From: the human T2T-CHM13v2.0 reference genome, Homo sapiens | Assembly: GCF_009914755.1 (NCBI RefSeq) | Contig: NC_060935.1 | Direction: 5' to 3' (one strand) | Length of the DNA: 64,000 nt | Shown: in pieces, positions 57,151 to 64,000 of the stretch | How the letters are laid out: each line of letters opens with the position of its first letter | Numbering within the stretch: the stretch's first letter is position 1 | Program-made: the position numbers and the translations under genes | Notes under the pieces: generated by a model | What the model was told of the DNA's origin: nothing | Database searches by the model: none | The model's input: the letters and a program-made list of their open reading frames with translations, nothing else

Positions 57151-57899
57151 CCTTAATAACAAAAGTTATTAATAAGTGAACACTGAGGATATGCTAATTC
57201 CCTCTCTTGGTCTTTTTGATTGGTGAGAGAAGCAAATCGAACCCCATCTGTCTCTTCCTCATTCTTGGTAAAAAGAACAAAAGTCTGATGTTGACCTTCA
57301 CCATGGGGTAATTCAAAAAGTCTGAATGGGACTGTGAACATGCCAGATCTTCCAGGGGTAAACTGTCTTTTGCCTGGACAGCACACACACTTTAAAATAA
57401 TATATTGTTCTAAAATGCCACTTTTCACCTCCATTGTCAATTCTGAATATTTGTTGCCCTCAGAAATTGAAACACACCAGTGGAGTCATTCCCATCTATC
57501 CATTCATCTTAATAGTAATGGATTTGTGAGAGGAAACTGGCTGGAGTTTAGCAAAGACAAAGCTCCATTCAGCTTCCAAAGGCCAGGGAGAAAGTCCAGG
57601 AGAACAGTGGGTTCTCAGGTCCTCTTATCCATTCTGCACCACATCATGATTCATGTCATCTAATGCTGTATATTTGGAGCACACATAGGGTGAAAGACTT
57701 CATAAGATTTCATCTGTATCTTGAAACATAGATGGGACTTTGATAGCAAATGGCAGGAAAGGGCAATCTAAGTAGGCAAGAGAAAAGGTCTAGAGGCATA
57801 AGAAAATAAGAAATTACCTGAAGACAAATATTAGATTAATACAGCTGTAACACATGGTACAGGGGAGCTACGTTTATAAGGAGCAGTGAAGAAATAGAA

Positions 57900-59330
57900 T
57901 AGCTATTCTGAAAAAGGAACACAAAATTGGAGAAATAATACTTCTAAATTTTAAGACTTACTATAAAGTTATAGCAATCAAATCAAAACAGTCAATAAAG
58001 CTTTAGCATTAGCAAAGAGACACAGAATAATGGAAGAAAATATAGTGTCCAGAAATATACCCATACAAATGTGGCTGTTTGAACCTTAACAGAGGGGCAA
58101 AAGTATTCAGTTGAGAAAGGATAATCTTTTCAATAAATAGTATTGGAATAATTGGATATATGTAAAAAATGGACCTTGAACTTGACCTAAACCTCACACA
58201 TTTTATAAAGGCTAAAAATAAATAATTATTCTACCTGTAAAAGAAAACCATGCAACTTTTAGAAAAAAACACAAGAGAAAATCTTCAAGACCTGGGGTTT
58301 GGAAGAAGGGAGAGGAGGAGGGACGGAGGAAGGGGAGAAAAGGAAGGTGGGAAGGAGGAAGGAAAAAAGAAAGAGGCAGGCAGGCTGGACAAAATGTGGG
58401 TAACTTTCATGACATTACAAACAGCTAACACTGCTGATATATACGGAGCTCTTAAAAACTTGTAAGAAAAAAAGACTAACAGCTTATACAAAACAGCAAA
58501 CTATATGAAAACTTAGTTTACAGAAAAGGAAATACAAATGACCTTTAAGTAATAAAATGCTACTCCTCACTCATAATAAAAAACAGACAAAAATTACATT
58601 GAGATCTAATTTTCACCTATCAAAATGTCAAGAATATGGAAACGTTTTCATAAAATACTTCTGAAGATGCTGATGAAAATAAGAACCCTCACACACCGCT
58701 TGTGAGAACATTCTTGGGAAAATGCCTATGAAGGGCAATTTGATAATATCTATCAGAACTACAAATAAATGTGCTTTTTGACCTAGCAATTTTACTTGTG
58801 CAAATATATTCAACATATATTCCACACATACATGTACAAGTTTGCAGCATAATTCACAATGTAAGAAATTGGAATGAGTCACATTATCCATCAATTGGCA
58901 CTGGTTCAATTAATTACAGTATATCCCTATAATGAAATATTATACAGCTATGAAAAAGAAGGAGGAAGCTCTCCATACTATTATCCATAATACCTATTAT
59001 CCTCTTAATCTTCACAGCCTGCGAGGCCACTGTAGGTTTAGCCCTACTAGTTCAGGCATAGAATGATTTCCAAGAACTTAAGTTAAAAAGGAAAAGATCT
59101 AGATACAGAACACCATGTGTAGTATGCTACATTTTATGAGTAAGAGTCCGAAAAGATCTTTTATGTGCTGTATATGCATTAAGCAATTCAAGAATACATA
59201 AGAAACTAAAAACAGTGGCTCTCTCCGTAACAGTGGGGAAATTTGGAAGATCAGTGACAGAATGGGAAAGAAGCTTTAATTATATTGTTTTCCACAATTT
59301 AGAAATATATGAACCATATGAATGCTTTAT
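57900..59330 (+). mobile_element. Old L1M/L1ME fragments with a purine-rich low-complexity tract (~58282-58385)
   Basis: ttaagacttactataaag, agtgtccagaaatataccca, tctttcaataaatagtattgg, tttgacctagcaattttactt, aatgaaatattatacagctatgaaaaaga. Confidence 0.75.
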
Positions 59331-60364
59331 TGAAAGTTGAAAGAATTGATTCATAAGTTTTTCAAAGTTTCCCTAAATTGGCTGAGTAGTTTAGTCACTC
59401 ATTTACCCAAAACACAGATATTTTAAGGTGAAATGTATATATTCCTGTAGAGCAGGAGAAAACAAATTGCCATGGGCATCAGCCTATCTTTTTCAAACTC
59501 AGAATTTAAAGCCTCAAACTATGGGAATAAAATATCTAAAAATTACTGACATTTTCACACAACCTCATACTTGTACTTTTGCTAAGACTTTGATCCTCAA
59601 CTTTTGTTCCTAAGCACCAAGAGTTAATAGGAGTTCCTCATGGCCATTAGTGGATGGGCTTAGTTGTATGAATAATGCAACAGAAGAGGCTTTGCTGTCT
59701 TCATCTCACTCTTCCACTAAGCCAGCTACTGGCTTTAGTTGTCATTTCCAAGGACCACAAGATCAGTGAGGATTATACACTCTGGACTTCCTGACTACTA
59801 GCAGTGAAAATCAATAAAAATGATTGGTCATTTAGCATAATATATCTTGGAATAATGGGAAATTTCCCATTTGGTAACAGCTTGATTTTGAAACTCTGGT
59901 TTTTCATGCAGCTTGTTGAGATGTATCTCAGGAGCTGTCTTCTTGGATGACCAAATATATCATGGGTCAGAGAGACAAGGATTTATTTTAATACATCATG
60001 GACGCTTAATGATGCTTTGGCACTGTGGTTCATAATGAGCAGCTGTTTGCAGCGGCATTGCCTGCAGTCCTAATGGGGCCTTCATCGGGTTTCAGAGCTG
60101 GTTGCTAAGTAGGTGTTGGTGAATACAGATTTTGAAGTAGAAGACTTCCATCTGCCTTTAAAACTTTTCAAAAAATTATGCATTCCTTATCCTTGCCCAA
60201 ACAGTAGGCTCACAAATGGAAATTGCTGATTTATTTTTAAGCAAGTAAAATATAAATAAATAGACTTATTTTTCCAACATTCTGTTACTAGGAGAAATTT
60301 CAGAGTTTGCTTAGCCAGATTTTCCCAGTCTCTACCCCATTCTCAGTTTGCATGTATGAGGAAG

Positions 60365-60600
60365 CCCTTAGAGAGATAATGTGATGAAATCAAAAGAGCA
60401 GAAGCATCTCTGTTTGAATTCTGACTCTATGCTTAGTAGCACCGGAGTCCTTGGGCGAGTTACTTACCTCTGAGCTCAGCTTTCTCATATAAAGGAATAA
60501 TGATAATACTGCTTTGTACGGTAGTTCTGAGGATAAGAAAAATGTATATTAAAAGTGGCTGTTACATCAAAGACACTCAAAAAATATACGTTATTATTTT
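60365..60600 (+). mobile_element. MIR
   Basis: tttgaattctgactct..ccttgggcgagttacttacctctgagctcagctttctcat. Confidence 0.75.
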
Positions 60601-60899
60601 ATCAAGGGTCATAACTTCCAGCTTTTGCAAACCAGTTAAGGTCTAGGAGTAGTTCCAGGAAATAGGTGAGCCATTCCTTTTGGCAGGGCATTCCCTCTTT
60701 CTCTTAGTTAATTAGGTGAAGATACAATATACTCCAGAAGGGTCACTCCATTTTCTTTAGGTGGCCAGGTTAGTGACATTAAATGAGAAAGTGTCATTCT
60801 TATTCAAGACTTTTAAAAAATAGAATAAGCTTCCTGTTAGTTTTCTTAAACTTAGACTTCAATATACTCAATTCAGCAAGTCTCCAATCAGTTTCATCT

Positions 60900-61480
60900 C
60901 AATCTCAGACCCTTGCATTAATGGTGAAAAAGACAGACATAATTATTGTCCTTGTGAATCCTAAAATTTAATGAGTTTTAGGTAAAAAATAAGCAGGCAA
61001 TTAAAAATGGTGTGATACATGCTACAATAGAGAATCTACAGAATGCTGTATCAACAAAAACGTAGAGCTTGGCAGAGCATAGGGGAACAGTCAGATAAGG
61101 CTAGCTTCAGAGACCTAATGGGTAAATAAGAGTTACCCAGAGGAATGTGGTGCATGGTGCTCGGGTGGGGAACAGACAGAAGGAACAGAAGTAGGTGAAG
61201 ACTAGTGAAAAAATGAAGGGGCTAAAGAGTTGAGCAGTGAGCATACCCGGCAGGGTCATCTGAGTGAAGGTTTTGTACACTATCCAAAGAGCAAAAGGCA
61301 GATTTCAGTGTGCTTTAAGCAGGGGAAGGCACCATCAGATCTGTGTTTTAGAAGTATCAGTGACGGTAGGCTGCAGAATGGATTCAAGGTAATCAGACCA
61401 AAGACAACAAGCCACTAGCAAGCGGTCGCAGTAAGCCAGGTGAGAGATGAAGCTTTACTAGAGAACTAGCAATAGGACCT
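60900..61480 (-). mobile_element. L2
   Basis: tggtgaaaaagacagaca..tttaagcaggggaaggcaccatcagatctgtgttttagaa..ccaggtgagagatga. Confidence 0.7.
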
Positions 61481-63459
61481 TGAAATAGAAAGGATTTTCT
61501 GGGTAATAACCTCATATTGCACATAAATCTTAGCAAATTTTACCAGTTAAAGTAAACTGGTAAAAATTTCAACTAATCGCAAACTTTGTGAGTTTAGTTT
61601 CAACTGGCAAAGCATTCCTACACAAATAGGCTCTAGCCATGGAATCATTTACTTTAAAAATCTGCAGGGACTGGCAAGTGTACAAAGCACTCTGGACTTA
61701 CAAAGCTAAAACTGCCACTGTTGGTCCAGTAGGGCAAATACAACAAATAGAAAAATAACTTGAATAGAAGGTATATGTCTTCTGTAGCATAAAAAAAAAA
61801 CATTTTCAACAAACATTGGTCAAATAAATTTTACAAATAAGTCAATGATGTTAGTTTATGTTAGGCCTTAAAGACTGGAGATGGGAGGACAGTTCTGGGA
61901 GGATCTTACTTTTGCAGCTTCGCTCACACAGTCTCCTTAAGGTGGATATTAAGGTGGATATATGTCATATCCACTTGCATCATACCATATTCATATCCAC
62001 ATTTAGGAGACTCTGAGTGAAGATGCAGAGATAGGAAAATAGGGATTGTTTTCTGGGAACATGAAAGAGCTTCATTCAGTGAAGCATACAATTTCTGCAC
62101 AGGGAGAGGCTGTAGTAAAAAATGGTAGGAAAGAACACACAAACAAGATGTAGTGAAGAATAACAAAATGTAGATAAGAGAATGCAGACATTTGAAAGAC
62201 AGATATTTTGAAATTCTTTCAAAAAGAGGAAAACATTGGAGGTTCTGGGTATGAAAGTAGATAAGCCAGTGTCAGACCCGTTGACTTAATTGATTAATTT
62301 CTTGTCTTTACTCTCTTTCGTGCTTTATGTTCTACTATGCAAACATGTGTATGCATATGTACACATATTATAGTGGGTTGGTGAGTCTGTAATGCAAACA
62401 TTTCTTTTAGGAATTTGGAGCCCTCCATGCAAATCCTTATGCTAAGTCCCTTTCCACCTTGTGCTCTTTCTTGTCTTTTTCTTTTCTCACAGATGCTTCA
62501 CTTCAAACTTCTCCATACTTTCTCTCCTATTGTGTGGTTTGCAGCTCTCTTACCATGCTGGCTCTCTCTGTGGTCAGACATGACTCTGCCATCAGGAACA
62601 GCTGGCACACTCTCTGCAGAGCCTGCCCTCCCCTGCCACTCCTTTGACCCCAGCCCCTTTCAGAGACCAGTATTTACCAGTACAGGCTTCACCCTCTAAC
62701 ATCCAGAGCAAAAGCTGCATTCCATATGGAGGTGACAACTGTAATTCTGTTTTAACTAGGAGTAGTAAGAACTGGACATCTACTCCTTGGAAACCCTGGC
62801 TTTGAAGCAAAAAGACTGTTCTATTTTTAATCCTATTACAGATCAGCCTTCAGGAGCTAAAACATCTATGCTGCCTATGGTGTTTTGGGTTTCCTCCAAA
62901 TGTCTCAGAAGCATCTTTGAGCATGATTGCAATGGGTTCTTAATTTATGGAGATTTACACAGCAGGAGATGGAATTTTAACTCTGCCAGCCATGTTCATT
63001 GGTTTCACATGGCCTGGTCTGGAGCAACTCTATCTGATGGAGACTAGGGTTGCATCTATCCCCACACCCAGCCTACCCCCACCACACACACCCATATCTA
63101 ATAACCTCATTAGAAGAGGGGAAAATCCTCATGATATACAGGTGTGGTAGAAGAGGGACTTAATAATTTTTGACATTCAAATCAAGAGCTACACAGCGAT
63201 TTTTTTCTGGTCCACGTCCTGGTATAGAGCTTTACAATTCCCATCAGTTCAGCAAATATATACCAATAATTCACCAGGTACTAGGCCTGGAAAATCACCA
63301 ACAATTGGGAAATACGTAAACTCTTCTCTCATTGACCTTATAATCAGGTAAAGGAAAAAGTAAATGGAATAAAATGATACTATATTGTTACAAGCGCCCG
63401 ACAGATGTGCTGTGGGAGCAGGGGAAGAATATCCTTTCATAAATAAGTAGCACAGATGC

Positions 63460-63700
63460 CTAGAGCCTTGGAGCACAGGCAGACAGACAGGGTCAGAATC
63501 CCAGCTGGAGCACTTCCTAGCTCTGCAACCTTGGGCATGTTACTCAACCTCTCTGTGCCACAGTTTCTTTATCTGTAAAATTGAGATAAGGAAATACTTG
63601 CCTAATGGGATAGATGTGAGGATTAAATGAGAAACTACATGAAGAGCAACTGGCACAAGGCATGGCACATAGACAATGCTCAGTAAATGTTGACTAATAT
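63460..63700 (+). mobile_element. MIR (MIRb-like), well preserved
   Basis: gaatcccagct..accttgggcatgttactcaacctctctgtgccacagtttctttatctgtaaaattgagataa..gaggattaaatgaga..tggcacatag. Confidence 0.88.
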
Positions 63701-63870
63701 AGGATTTTTGTTATTTGCACTCCAAACAAATACCCATTTAGTATTGGTCCAATCACATCAGACCACTTCTTGGATCCTAAACATGCTCTGTCGCCATGCA
63801 TTTATTCACATTGTTCTCTCCATCTAGTTGCCCTTCCTCTTTCACTGCATGTATTAAAACTCTACCCATC

Positions 63871-64000
63871 AGTATTAGTTTCCCATGAATGCTGTAATGA
63901 ATTACCACAAACTAGGTGGCTTAAAACAGAAATTTATTTTATCATAGCTCTGGAGGCCAGAATTATGACATCCAAGTTATTGGCAGGGCTACACCCCATC
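63871..64000 (-). mobile_element. MLT1B/C/D LTR, runs off the window end
   Basis: gtattagtttcc..gctgtaa..attaccacaaactaggtggcttaaaacagaaatttatt..ctggaggccaga. Confidence 0.85.

Noticed and set aside
57153-57663. Overlapping 95-109 aa ORFs in unique sequence
   Set aside because: No recognisable protein similarity, codon bias or convincing splice boundaries; lengths are within chance.

Overview
Non-coding, AT-rich primate genomic DNA (Alu J/S, THE1, MER51, MER52, LTR8, MLT2A present; probably human or a close relative), either intergenic or deep intronic. I find no credible protein-coding exon, RNA gene or CpG island. The recognisable ORFs are decayed L1 ORF1/ORF2, MaLR-internal or antisense-Alu frames; the rest look like chance ORFs. 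Roughly half or more of the window is interspersed repeat. It includes a near full-length L1MA (29.6-36.2 kb), a complete two-LTR THE1 inside an old twin-primed L1, several solo LTRs, seven Alus, hAT/Tigger MITEs and many MIR/L2 relics. I see no evidence of a new gene system. The most unusual signal is a set of small, locally templated rearrangements. One preserves a copy of the empty pre-insertion site of an Alu, fused to an inverted Alu end (14.2-14.5 kb). Others are a micro-inversion with Alu filler (21.5 kb) and an inverted L1 self-copy (55.9 kb). There are also unexplained hairpins, notably at 61.9-62.0 kb. Subfamily names come from my recollection of consensus sequences, not from a database search. 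Boundaries of old elements are approximate.
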